Positions 12,575 to 23,820 of a stretch of DNA of 64,000 nt are shown piece by piece. Position numbers and translations under genes: made by a program. The stretch is from the NCBI RefSeq assembly GCF_004010195.1, contig NC_057718.1, positions 36,006,501 through 36,070,500 on the forward strand, read 5' to 3'. Position 1 is the stretch's first letter, and each line of letters opens with the position of its first letter. The notes under the pieces are model-generated. The model searched no databases. It worked only from the letters and a program-made list of their open reading frames with translations, and had not been told where the DNA came from. The DNA comes from Chiloscyllium plagiosum (taxonomy: Eukaryota).

Positions 12575-14035
12575 GTCGGCATGGTTTTGTGAAGGGTAAA
12601 TTGTGATTGACTGATTTGCTAGAGTTCTTCAAAGTTATAAGAAGCAAAGTGGATAATGGGAATCCTGTAGATGTAGTGTATCTGGACTATGACAAGGTGA
12701 CATCTGATAAGGTGCCACACAAAAGGTTGATACATAAGAAATAATAACATGGCATTGGGGTAATTTATTTGCTTGGATAGAGGACTGGCTAACTAACAGA
12801 AGGCAAAGAGTCATGATAATTTTTTTTTTCTCTGACTGGCAAACTGTCTGTTGGGATGCCACTGGGTTTGCTCCTCAGGCCCCAACTATTTACATTAATA
12901 ACTTGGATGCCAGTACAATATACTTAGCCAAATTTGTGATGACACTAACACTGGTGGGGAAATAAGTTGCAATAAAGGAAAAAGAAATTTACAAATGGAT
13001 ATGGATAAGTTAGATAAATGGGTCAAAATCTGGCAGATTGAATTTCAACATGGATAAGTGTGACATTCTGGTCAGAAGAGCAAAAAGGCAATTTATAATC
13101 TAAATGAAGAGAAACTTCAAAGTGCTTCAGTGCAGAGGGATCTGAATGTCCATGTCTGTGAGTTGCAGAAAGCTGGGATATCAGTTGAGCAGGTAATAAT
13201 GAGGGCAAATGAAATTTTAGCATTTACTGCTAAAATAATGGAGTATAAAGTAGGACAGTGTTATTGCAGCTGTGCAAGGCACTGATGAGACTACAATATC
13301 TCAGATGCATACTTTTTTGTTTCCTTCCTTGAGGAAGGACATAATTGGATTAGAGACAGTTCAGTGAAGGTTCTCTAGATTAGTTCCAGAGATGAAAGCT
13401 TTGTCTTAGGAAAGATTGAGCCTTTTAAGCCTGTATTCGCTAGAGTTTAGAAGGATGAGATATTTAATTGAGATATATAAGACACTAAATTGGAATGACA
13501 ATGTAGTTGTAGACCAGATGTTTCTTCTTGTGGGGCAATCTAAAATGAGAGATCATAACTTTATCGAAGGGGTGGCAGATTTAAAGCAGAGACTCTCTCA
13601 GAGCCATGAATCTGTGGAATTAACTGATCCTGAGTGTGGTAGATGCGAGGGCACTGATTAAATTTAAGGAGGAAATAGACAGATTTTTAATTAAAAGCAG
13701 AGGAAATGTTGCCAATTTCCTACCTGACCATGAGAGGGAGAGATGGCAGGTGGTTGTTTAACCTGAGGGTCACCACACCTTAGACAAGGGGAGAAATTGA
13801 GAAGGAATTTTGCTGTGGGAATTGAACTCATAATGTTGGCATCACTCTACATTGCAAATCAACTGTCCAGCTGACTGAGCCAACTGATCCCCTACTAGAA
13901 ATGGGTTAAAGGGTTTGGTGGAGCAGGCAGGAAAGTGGAGTTGAAGCTGAGATGACAGCAGCTATGGTTATATTAAATGGCAGAACAGGCTTGAGGAGCT
14001 GAGCTGCCTACTCCTGCTCCTAGTTCTTATGTTCT
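12575..14035 (+). mobile_element. Old degraded CR1 RT region to 3' UTR, interrupted by a SINE
   Basis: HGFVKGK, PVDVVYLD, LYSLEFRRMR motifs; 3' UTR ending ttcttatgttct. Confidence 0.85.
13728..13892 (-). mobile_element. tRNA-derived SINE (family C) nested in CR1
   Basis: Minus head ttggctcagtc...gagttcaattccc; tttaacctgagggtcaccacacc shared with 59545-59766 and 60450-60659. Confidence 0.75.
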
Positions 14036-14814
14036 AAAATAAGGTGAGGTTGGAGCAAAGAGATGAGAACAGAAGAATTAGGTGTAGGAGTAGGCAATTC
14101 AGTCCCTTGATGTCAAGGAAAAGGTCTGATTTTGCAATGAAGGTTTGAATGGCGAGACAAAAATGTGTCTTCATGCATTAACATCTCACTGCTATCATGC
14201 CTTATTTCATTTAAATGCAGTTTACTATTCTTATACATCGCAGCAGGGTGCTTGTTTTTTTCAGTATTTTGGAGAAGACATTTTTTAAAAAAAAGAGTTG
14301 GTCTTGGGAGCTCAGGAAGGAAAGGAAGTGAAAATTTGGAGGGTCAGTTAGATTATTAGGCTGAGCCTGTGACTCACTCCGTGAAGTGCGACCTGCATTG
14401 CCTTCTATCTTCATCCGAATTGTAATCGCACAATTGAAATGAGAAATGATTACCACCACGACAATTGCACTTAAAGGTTAAAGCAATCTGTAATCACAGA
14501 ATGCTGCATGTGAAATTCATCCAGTGACTAACCGTCAGCATTACAAATCCGAGCATAAGAAATCCTCTCACATCATAGCTCATTACAAACTTATCATAAT
14601 TATTGCAGAAGCAATCATACGTGCTCTTAATAGTGTCACCTGTGGGTCCCATGCACAAAGACAATCCAAGGGTTCATAGGCTGCACAAGACCTACATAAG
14701 TTCACCTTGAACTTTAAGTATTTGTCAACATGTTCTTATATGCGATGCTGCTTTTTTTTCGGGTGATGGGGCGGAGTGGGGATTGCTGGCATGTGGGGCT
14801 GGGGCAAAGGTTAA

Positions 14815-14992
14815 ATTTCATTTCTCAGAGGATAGTCAATCTGTGGAATTCATTTCCACTGAGGGCTGTAGAGATTGGGTCATTAAGTATATTCAAGACT
14901 GATTTAGACAGCTTTATAATCCATAAAGAAAAAGACAGGAAGGTGGAGCTGAGGATTATCCGATCAGCCATGATCTGGTCAGTGAATGGAGG
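14815..14992 (+). mobile_element. CR1 3' fragment
   Basis: SQRIVNLWNSFPLRAVE...IFKTDLD. Confidence 0.75.
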
Positions 14993-15019
14993 AGCATTCC
15001 ATTCTCCTGTATGACCTGA

Positions 15020-15540
15020 TTTTGCTCCTGTAACAGGAACCCTGGGAGCAGTTATGATGTCCTTGGGATCTCTTAGTCTCCTGCTTTGTTCCAATGGCTA
15101 ATGCCTAATGAGAATGGGTATTTGCAGCAAGACAAGGGCTACACTCTGCAACCATTCTAATTACTTGTTGCATAACCCTGACTGAAGGTGAGCGTGGATA
15201 TAAAAGCAGTAATTCTTCCATCTGGACCATCTTGGAGCTGATGATATACCGTTTGATGATGAGGTTCAGATAATTGAAATTACTCTAGGGGATCCTTGCA
15301 GCACAGTCCAAACAGAATGTGCTGCATAATCCTAGCTTGTTGCGCTCTATACAACTGCAGCAGTCAGTGAGGAGATTTGATGGCCACTGAAGAGCTGGGA
15401 TACTGAAAGCTGCCTTCTGAGGAGGGAAATGAGAACATTCAGCAGGAGGACATCATCTTCAGCATGACTGTGTCGTGTGGCATTGGGCACAACAAGCCAG
15501 ACAGGAGGGAATTGACAGCTGTTTCTGAGAGATCTGAATT
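15020..15540 (+). mobile_element. PIF/Harbinger DDE transposase relic (C-terminal half, HARBI1-like)
   Basis: Reads PGSSYD...GYLQQDKGYTLQPF...TEGERGY...RLMMRFR...GSLQHSPNRMCCIILACCALYN across frameshifts; compare the Harbinger motifs PGSxHD, GWLLGDKGYPL, LKMRFRCL and LQYSP..IIxACCALHN. Confidence 0.75.
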
Positions 15541-16377
15541 GGTTAAGTAATCATTGAATATAAGTTCATTGCTGTTTGAAAGGAAAGCAGCCTCTGTTTA
15601 TTCCCAGAAGTAAATGCAGTGTTTGCTTTTTCTTTGCTTTTTCTGTTCATTAAAAGTTCATATTTTCAGCTATTTGAACATTTTCCAAGATGTGATTCCC
15701 CTACAGTGAACAATGATGAAATTTTGTGCTACACTGAGCATTAGGACAAGATAGCACTCTTCTCGAGAGGATTCTAACCGGCATCCTGCTGAAAATGAGT
15801 GGCCTGTGCAGCTTAACTCTTATAGCAGCAGTTACAATGATAGTCGATCACTCAAATAGCAGTGAGTTTATTAATGTGATCTTGTCCAAAGATTTTTCCA
15901 AAGATCGTCACCCATGCCACCTATGTCCTCAGGAGCTATTTTTTATTGCTCCCCCCACACTACTTGTACTAAGAGGGGCTATTCATGGTTTGTGGCAATG
16001 GACCTAGTGCACAACTGGGCTATATATATGGTGATGGTGGTGGATATTCTGAAAAGTCCAATCAGTGGCATGTACTTCCAATGCTGGTGAGTGCAAGATT
16101 ATGCAAACATGGCATGTGAGCTTTGGATATTTGCATTAGATAATTTGCTAGAGCTCACAGAGAGAAACTCTCCATGAAACTCCTGGAAATTGTCAGTTGG
16201 CTGATTTTTGGTAAAATTCAGGACTGATTCCCTTTCATCATAGCTGCAATTCTTCAAGTATAATTCAACATAATTTCAGCCTTCAGATATCAAACTGCAT
16301 ATGTACAATATAAACAGTTAGTAATTTAATATTTTATCTCTGATTCGGTTGGTAGTTTCAAGCCCAGCACCAGTTCT

Positions 16378-16781
16378 TCAGGGCTGGGAATGGGTGTAAG
16401 GGGAGCTGCATATAAAGCGGGGTGGGGGGAGGTGGTGAGAAAAGGGGTGATGAAGTAAGGTTAGGTGAACACAGGTAGAGGATATAACCTGGTTTGAAGG
16501 AAGAGTCGATCAGAGGAATGGAAGGGAAAGGGAAGGGCTGGGTAGGGAGTCAGTAGGTGGGAAGGGAGATTATTTGAAATTGGAGAACTCATTATTGAGT
16601 CCTTCAGGCTGTAGGCTGCCCAGGCAGAAGATGAGGTGTTGTTCCTCTCACCCCTAGTCCTGGAGAAGAGTTACACCCGAAATGTTGACTTCTGCACCTC
16701 CTGATGCTGCCTGGCTTGCTGTGCTCTTCCAGGCTCCTGCCTGTCTACTTTGGATTCCAGCATCTGCAATTTATTTTGTCT
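16378..16781. mobile_element. Penelope-like element fragment with inverted structure and a 13-bp TSD
   Basis: Minus strand of about 16570-16650 reads EEQHLIFCLGSLQPEGLNNEFSNFK*; plus-strand pLTR follows; flanked by cagcaccagttct (16365-16377) and caacaccagttct (16782-16794). Confidence 0.8.
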
Positions 16782-17722
16782 CAACACCAGTTCTGGTCAC
16801 CACACAATAGAAGGATGTCGATGCTTTGAGGAGGGTACAGAAAAGGGTGTCTGCGTGGGTTTCCTCCGGGTGCTCCGGTTTCCTCCCACAGTCCAAAGAT
16901 GTGCAGGTCAGGTGAATTGGCCATGCTAAATTGCCTGTAGTGTTAGGTAAGGGGTAAATGTAGGGGTATGGGTGGGTTGCGCTTCGGCGGGGCGGTGTGG
17001 ACTTGTTGGGCCGAAGGGCCTGTTTCTACTCTGTAAGTAATCTAATCTAATCTAATCTAATCTAATCTAATAGGTCTAGAGTGAGAGGGGAAAGATATAA
17101 AAGGAACCTAAGGGGCAACTTTTTCACAGAGAGTGTGATGTGTGAATGGAATGAGCTGCCAAAGGAAGTGGTGGAGGCTGGTACAATACAGTATTTAAAA
17201 GGCATTTGGATGGGTATATGAATAGGAAGTGTCTAGAGGGATATGGCAAAGTGCTGGCAAATGGGACTAGATTAGTTTAGGATATCTGATCGGCATGGAC
17301 GAGTTTGTTTCTGTGCTGTATATCTCTATGACTCTATGAGTCTAAGTTGATGAAATTGGGAATGGCATGGATAAAGTGGAAAGTATGAGACATTTTCCCA
17401 GGGTGGAGAGGTCAATTACTGGGGGACACAGGTTCAAGGTGCTGGGACAGTGGAGTTTAAAAGAGAGGTCCGAGGCATGTATCTCATACAAAGAGAGGTG
17501 GGTGCCTAGAACATGCTACCAGAGGAGGTGGTGGAAGCAGACACAACAGCAGCATTCGAGAAACACTTGAACGAATACATGAGTAGGAAGGGAATAGAGG
17601 GATACAGATCTGGAAGTGAAGACAGTTTTTGTATGGAAAGCCAAAAGTGTCAGTGCCGGCCTGAAGGGCCAAGGGGCCTGTACCTGTGCTGTATTGTTCT
17701 TTGTTCTCTTTGTTCTTTGTTC
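16782..17722 (+). mobile_element. Nested cluster: older CR1 3' end interrupted by a young HE1 3' half (about 16847-17072) and a second CR1 3' end (about 17073-17345)
   Basis: QFWSPH...RVQKR start; V-domain with (TCTAA)n tail; two separate CR1 tails (ctctatga.. and ttctttg..). Confidence 0.8.
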
Positions 17723-17739
17723 AGACCTTGAATACAATA

Positions 17740-18055
17740 TAGGCTGACATTTCAGTGTTGTGCAGAGGGAATGATGTATGGTTGGAGGTGCAGTCTTTCA
17801 GATGAAACATAAAACAAAGGCCTCATCTACTTGTTCAGAAGGATATTAAAAGATCTGTTTCACTGTTTGTGGTTGAGAAGCAAACTATCCTGTTTCCTAC
17901 CTCCTCCGCATTTTATCCTTGATGAACAGTCCCAAAAACAGCTTCAATGGCCTTTCATCATATTGCTGCTTGAGGCATGCTGGTCTACACAAAGTAGTTG
18001 CAGCATTTGCCCACTTCGCAAACTTGACAGCATTTCAAAGTGATTCTTTTCACTG
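17740..18055 (+). mobile_element. Deu-domain SINE relic (SacSINE1/AmnSINE1-like)
   Basis: ggaggtgcagtctttcagatgaaacataaaacaaaggcc...aaaagatc resembles the Deu-domain core (gtgccgtctttcggatgagacg..aaaccgagg) after CpG decay. Confidence 0.6.
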
Positions 18056-18751
18056 ATTCTGAAAGACATAAAAGAAATAGTACAAAATTTCTCCCTCATT
18101 GGCTTTCATTTTTTTAATCAATTTGGTTGGGCCCACTTCTGTTTATTTACAGATCTACTGATTTTTGTTGAGAAAACATTTTACATCTTGCATGTATCTA
18201 TACTTTAATCATCTCAGTGGCATGTACTTATTGTTTTTTTTAATGAGATTTATAATTAAGACAAGGCAGTTGTTCCCTGATGATTCATCTTGTAATATCT
18301 AAACTATGGAAAACAGGGTATCTTATGTTTTAGTCTCTGGCCTTTAAATGAGCTAGTTAATCTCTACAGGGGCCATTACTCTGTTTGACTCAGGAATATA
18401 AGAGGGTTCCCTCCATAAATCCCTAATGGAGATCACAATTCTGAAAACACATGTAAAGAAGCAGGCTGGGTTTCAGTATCCACACATTAAAATAGATTGC
18501 TAACATCTATTGTCTATGTTCACACATGAAGGACAGGGTAATGGTTCTCAAATTGAATCATGCCTCAATAAGGCTTTAGCCACCTCAGACATGGACAGGG
18601 GAAACTGGCAAAAAAAAGTTCCCCTAAATAACCAAAGTAAAAGTTAACCAAATTTTATTTGCACTGAATTGAAGTGCATAACAGCATGTGACTATCGATG
18701 CATTACCAATAGGAAGTATGTAGGTTAGCTCAGTGAGCTGGAGATTTGTTT

Positions 18752-18791
18752 TCAGACGTTTCATCACCATACCAGGTAACATCATCAGTGA
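18752..18791 (-). ncRNA. Minimal type I hammerhead ribozyme motif with an intact core
   Basis: UCA-CUGAUGA-U-GUUACC-UGGUAU-GGUGAU-GAAA-CGUC-UGA: both core boxes, 6-bp stem II, 3-bp stem I, palindromic ACGU helix III, GUC triplet. Confidence 0.75.
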
Positions 18792-19269
18792 GAGTCTCTG
18801 GTGAAGCACTGGTGGTATGTCCTGCCTCTCCATGTATAGGTCTTTGTTTCTTAAGGTGGATGATGTCATTTCTAGTTTTTTATTAAGGGAAGGTAGATAG
18901 GATCTAAGTCGATGTGTTTATTGATGGAATTCTGGTTAGAATGCCATGCCTCTAAGAATTTTCGTCTTGGTTTCGCCTGTCCTAGGATGTGTGGAATGTC
19001 CCAGTCAAAGTGGTGTCCTTCTTTGTCTGTATGTATGGAAACTAGTGATAGTGCATTGTGTCTTTTGGTGGCCAGTTAGTGTTCATGTATCCCGGTGGCA
19101 AGTTTCCTGTTAGTTTGGCTGACGTAGTGTTTTTTACAGTTCTTGCATGGTATCTTGGAAATGACGTTAGATTTGCTGGTGGTGGTATCTAATGGATCCT
19201 TTAGTTTCATCAGTCGCTGTTTAAGTGTGTTGGTAGGTTTGTGGGCTACCATGATGCCAAGGGGTCTGA

Positions 19270-19760
19270 GTAGTCTGGAAGTCATTTCTGATATATTTTT
19301 GATATAAGGTAATGTGGCTCTAGTTTTTGGTTGTATTGTGTCTGCTTGTTTGGGTTTGTTTCTGAGGAATCAGCAGATTGTTTTTATTGGTTTTTTTTTT
19401 AAACACAGTCAGAAATGACTTCCAGACTACTGTCTGGAAGTCATTTCTGATATATCTTTGATATAAGGTAATGTGGCTCTAGTTTTTGGTTGTATTGTGT
19501 CTGCTTGTTTGGGTTTGTTTCTGAGGAATCAGCAGATTGTTTTTATTGTTTTTTCTTAAACACAGTCAGAAATGACTTCCAGACTACTGCCTAAAGACAT
19601 TTTCTGATATATCTTTGATATAAGGTAATGTGGCTCTAGTTTTTGGTTGTATTGTGTCTGCTTGTTTGGGTTTGTTTCTGAGGAATCAGCAGATTGTTTT
19701 TATTGGGTATTTTTTTTAAACACAGTCAGAAATGACTTCCAGACTACTGCCTAAAGACAT
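19270..19760. repeat. Three near-identical tandem units of about 160-170 bp at the Penelope inversion junction
   Basis: The unit tttctgatatat...gaatcagcagattg...aaacacagtcagaaatgacttccagactac occurs three times. Confidence 0.9.
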
Positions 19761-20034
19761 GACCCAGTATCACTAGTTTCTATTCATACAGACAAAGAAG
19801 GACACCACTTTGACTGGGACAGCACACACCTCCTCGGACAGATGAAGCAAAGACACGCACGAGAATTCTTAGAGGCATGGCATTCTAACCAGAACTCCAT
19901 CAATACACACATTGATTTAGACCCTATCTACCTTCCCCTGGAAAAGAAGAACCTGAAATGACATGCCCCACTTAAGAAACCAAGACCTATAAATTGAGAG
20001 GCGGGACATACTACTAGCGCTTCACCAGAGACTC

Positions 20035-20075
20035 TCACTGATAATGTTACCTAGTCATGGTGACAAAATGTCTGA
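20035..20075 (+). ncRNA. Decayed hammerhead motif in the right Penelope arm
   Basis: UCA-CUGAUAA-U-GUUACC..GGUGAC-AAAA-UGUC-UGA; core G>A changes. Confidence 0.55.
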
Positions 20076-20610
20076 AAACAAACCATCCAGCTCATTGAGC
20101 TAACTTACAGACTTATCATCAACCTGAGCTACAAACCTTCTCAAAAATTGCTATTACCAATAGGACATGAAGAGCAATGTGATGGGTGACTCATTGTTAA
20201 CACTGTTTACATTTTTGTAGTGCAGGACGCAATGTCAGAACTCCCTTCACATGTGCTTAATTGGTTACTTTCTAACTTCTTTGACTTGGGTTGTTCTGAC
20301 TCATATTAATTGACAGAAATAATCTCTTTTCATATACCTAAATACTGATATAGTTTAAAAGGCTTTTCAAAAAGACAAGCTTTGTTTTAGTGGTACTTAG
20401 CGATAAGACAAAACAAAGCCACAATTTGGAGATCTAATTACTTGTACCAATATCATCTTAAACTGAACTTATAGTGCTCATTTAGCACTGATGATCTGAA
20501 AATGCCATTGCAACTTTGGGGTCAATGGTGCACTATTAACAACAGGAGCACTTAAAGCTGTGACGTCAGCTCCCCTCTTTATCTCCTTTGTGTGAAGGTT
20601 ACTATACACT

Positions 20611-20613
<3 letters not shown>

Positions 20614-20644
<31 letters not shown>
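20614..20644. repeat. (TA)n microsatellite
   Basis: Read directly. Confidence 0.95.
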
Positions 20645-20649
<5 letters not shown>

Positions 20650-21599
20650 TTTTTCTTCTTTATTAAATTTTATGAGGAGTGCAATATTAGTTTTAAAGCC
20701 AGCTGCCAATATATGTAAAATCAGCATGGATTTCTCTAGGACATGCACGTTAACAAAATTACCAGTTTTCCGTGATCTATTCACCTGGTCGTCAGATTTT
20801 TTTTTGGGTGCTGATTACATTACTTAGTACTGAATGAATGAATGTACTAGCAACATAATGTTTTGGTAAATGAAAGGTTACATTGGATGATGTTGAGTAC
20901 TATTGCCATTTTTACAGTGAATGTGTTAGAAATATTCTAAAAGTGCTTTCTCAAACAGCAAATAAATGAAGTAAATTTAATTTGCTTTCAGACTTGTTTA
21001 GGCCTGCGACCTGCTTGTATTTTTTTAATGAAATCTGGCCTTTTTAGTTTGTTTTGTAATTTCACTCAGTGGCACACTGTTAAAATGGAGCAAGAGATTG
21101 GAAACATTAAGTGGGTCTGTCACTACCTGGGGGAGAATGGATGGGTTATGGCTGAGATATGAATCGTCGGTGCTTCATTTTTAGCAAACCACAGATCGGA
21201 TGATTGCTAATTCTGCAGAGTAAGCTTATTATCTCTCAATCTGATCTTGAACACTGACAAAATTTTCTGTCATGGCCCTGAATATTCCTGCAGGTTTAGA
21301 TAGAATCTGATAATGTAAAACTATCAGCAAACCCTCATCATTTAGGATCTCTCTCTTCATAGCCACCTGGTTCCTTGCCAAATTACTTAATCAAAACAAA
21401 ATTAAACACATCACCCTTGGTTCCTTTTTGGTTTATTCAGGAATTCGACTTGGCGCTCTCTCTCACTTTTTGTACCTTATATGGAAATATTTAGGATGTG
21501 ATAAGTATACCTTCTGATTAAAATAATGAGATTTGAACTGCATTTTCAGCTTCTGTTACATACATAGGGCTGTCCCCTTGAATTTGTGATTGGATGAAA

Positions 21600-22190
21600 A
21601 ATTTTATGGACAACTTTTAACTTTGGTTTGGGTGAAAGCCTGGTGGCAATCTGTCCAAGGTCAGAATTAATTTTTGAAATTTCTCTGGTTATGTTCCCCA
21701 TGATTCTTTTTGCTCTTATTATTGCAGTCATACAATTTGCTGGAGCCTTCAATGATCTTTTGATTAATACTCTCAAGCTGTTCTTCTGTGCTGAACCCAT
21801 GGAGCCACACTGCTTAGCAAATATTGACATTGTTGTATTATTAGTGTCCAGTATCAACATTTTTCATTTTTCCTCTTTACAGTTATAATGTACCACACAA
21901 GCTCCTGGACACATCCAGGTTGTGCCATAGATAATCAGTTACTTGTAGCCCTTTCAATTTGACATCATCTTAAATTTTAGAGTTTATATACAGGCTAAGC
22001 AGCAAACGCCTCAATACTGATCCCAGAGATCCATGTACAATCATCCATTTCTTATTCTTTTGTTTCATACACACTTTAGTTGCACTCTACCAGAGCCACA
22101 GCTTCTAACTTGTGGACTAATTTTTGATGTGGCACTGTATTAAAAGTGTAGTTGTAACCTAAACAAACAATATTCACTGAGTTTCCCCTT
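21600..22190 (-). mobile_element. Very old CR1/L2-like RT fragment, probably continuing at about 22720-23070
   Basis: SLRVLIKRSLKAPANCMTAIIRAKRIMGNITR resembles CR1 DLGVLIxxSLK..QC..A..KANRMLG.I.R. Confidence 0.5.
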
Positions 22191-22218
22191 ACTCCAACTT
22201 TTGATTATCAATTTATTG

Positions 22219-22701
22219 AATCATAGAATCCCTACAGTGTGGAAACAAGCCCTTCAGCCCAACAAGTCCACACTGACACTCCAAAGAGTAACCCAGCCAG
22301 ACCCATTCCCCTACCCTATTACTCTACATTTACCCCTGACTAATTAGATTAGATTAGATTAGATTACATTACATTACATTACATTACAGTGTGGAAACAG
22401 GCCCTTCGGCCCAACACCGGGTCTCTGGCGCTGTGAGGCAGCAGTGCTAACCACTGTGCCACCGTGCCGCCCACATGCACCTAACCTACACATCCCTGAA
22501 CATTGTGGGCAATTTAGCATGGCCAATTCACCTAACCTGCACATCCTTGGATTGTGGAAGGAAACTGGAGTCACCAGAGGAAACCCATGCAGACACACAG
22601 AGAATGTGCAAATTCCACACAGACAGTTGCCCGAGGCTGGAATCAAATCTTGGTTCCTGTCACTGTGAGGCAGCAGTGCTAACTACTGAGCCACCATGCC
22701 A
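22219..22701 (-). mobile_element. Full-length HE1 V-SINE containing a nested mini-HE1 (22344-22474)
   Basis: Host sequence ctgactaa|tgcacctaac is split by a head-plus-tail insert. Confidence 0.9.
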
Positions 22702-23571
22702 TCTTTCAGTGAAGTCCAATTCAATGGACTTCAAGAGGTGGATGAGATCCCCTTCCCATAAAGTAAAACTGTATCCTACAGGTTAATTCATTATTTCCTC
22801 AGGTCACCCACCAATGGGTATCAGTCTGACAAAACGGAAAGGTGTTCCTTCCATGCCCACCATCTTTTCTCTATTCCTCAATCCTCATTTTCAAAGACTG
22901 TTCTTCAGAGTGATGATCAGCTCAGCACAGAGGCCAAAATTGTCCGTTCTTTGGTTAATGATTGGACTATGTGTTCATCAACTTCTTTCAATTGTGTACA
23001 CTCAATGCTCACAACCTCTCAAAGTGCAATTGCAATTTAGTACATTGTAATCTTCTATATGCCTTTCAATGGGGAAATTAAATCTTGAGTTGAATTTTTA
23101 CAACCGCAAATCAGAAGGACTGTCCCCCCTACACTAACTAAAATATGGCATGATGACATTGGGTTGACGGTTTGACATCATTATGCTAATTTCTGATATT
23201 ACAGTGAAGTGGGAGATGGCACAGGGCAGGGTGACACTAGGCACATGGACACACAAGATGGCCACTGAGCCATAAGTTGGCCACCTGACACATAAGATGG
23301 CCGCTGGACCACAATATGGAGAGAGACTGCAGAGTAAATACAGGCACTGCCTGGGGCCACCAGAATGCCAGCACAATGCACTCACAACTTAGTTGATTAG
23401 TTTAAGGTGGGTGGGGAAGGGAATATATATGAGAAGCATTTACTGCCCGCTGAAGGTCTAGCCAACACCTTTGATAGATTCAATACAAAGTGCTAATAGC
23501 CAGGACTGCAATAATCATCCTTCTCAGGAACAGCAATTAGCACCCATTACTACATAATGGACTTCCGCGCA

Positions 23572-23655
23572 GACGCTGAAACTGACAATGACCGTGCTGA
23601 AATTAACAAAGGCTGTGCTGGAACTGACAAAAACTGCACCAAAACTATCAATAAT
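23572..23655. repeat. Degenerate 21-bp tandem repeat, about 4 copies
   Basis: gacgctgaaactgacaatgac / cgtgctgaaattaacaaaggc / tgtgctggaactgacaaaaac / tgcaccaaaactatcaataat. Confidence 0.6.
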
Positions 23656-23797
23656 TCTGCAATGTTTACAGTAAACAAATTATATTACAATGACAATAAC
23701 CTCATGACTGACCCAGTATATTACAAAATATATAAATGTATCTTGACATGTGCTCTGGGTTGAGAGAATACTCACAGCTGACCACTGTGCTGTTGAT

Positions 23798-23820
23798 GTC
23801 TCTCTCTCTCTCTCTCTCTC
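23798..23820. repeat. (TC)n microsatellite
   Basis: Read directly. Confidence 0.9.

Larger units (their letters stand above)
18715..20152. mobile_element. Penelope-like retroelement: 5'-truncated GIY-YIG copy on the minus strand plus an inverted copy on the plus strand, with a 13-bp TSD
   Basis: ORF 19076-19285 NVISKIPCKNCKKHYVSQTNRKLATGIHEH (GIY-YIG); arms about 18715-19070 and 19749-20112 are inverted; attaccaatagga at 18702-18714 and 20153-20165. Confidence 0.9.

Noticed and set aside
19270..19760. CRISPR-like repeat-spacer array
   Set aside because: The spacers are near-identical to each other and are Penelope coding sequence; the context is eukaryotic
20561..20568. Perfect CRE palindrome TGACGTCA
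   Set aside because: A single 8-mer with no promoter or CpG-island context; could occur by chance in 64 kb
22400..22474. tRNA gene
   Set aside because: It is a tRNA-derived SINE head without a B box or cloverleaf; the other A/B-box hits are also SINE heads
23557..23763. Heptad-repeat ORF (68 aa) as a real peptide
   Set aside because: Explained by a degenerate 21-bp tandem repeat; no other coding evidence
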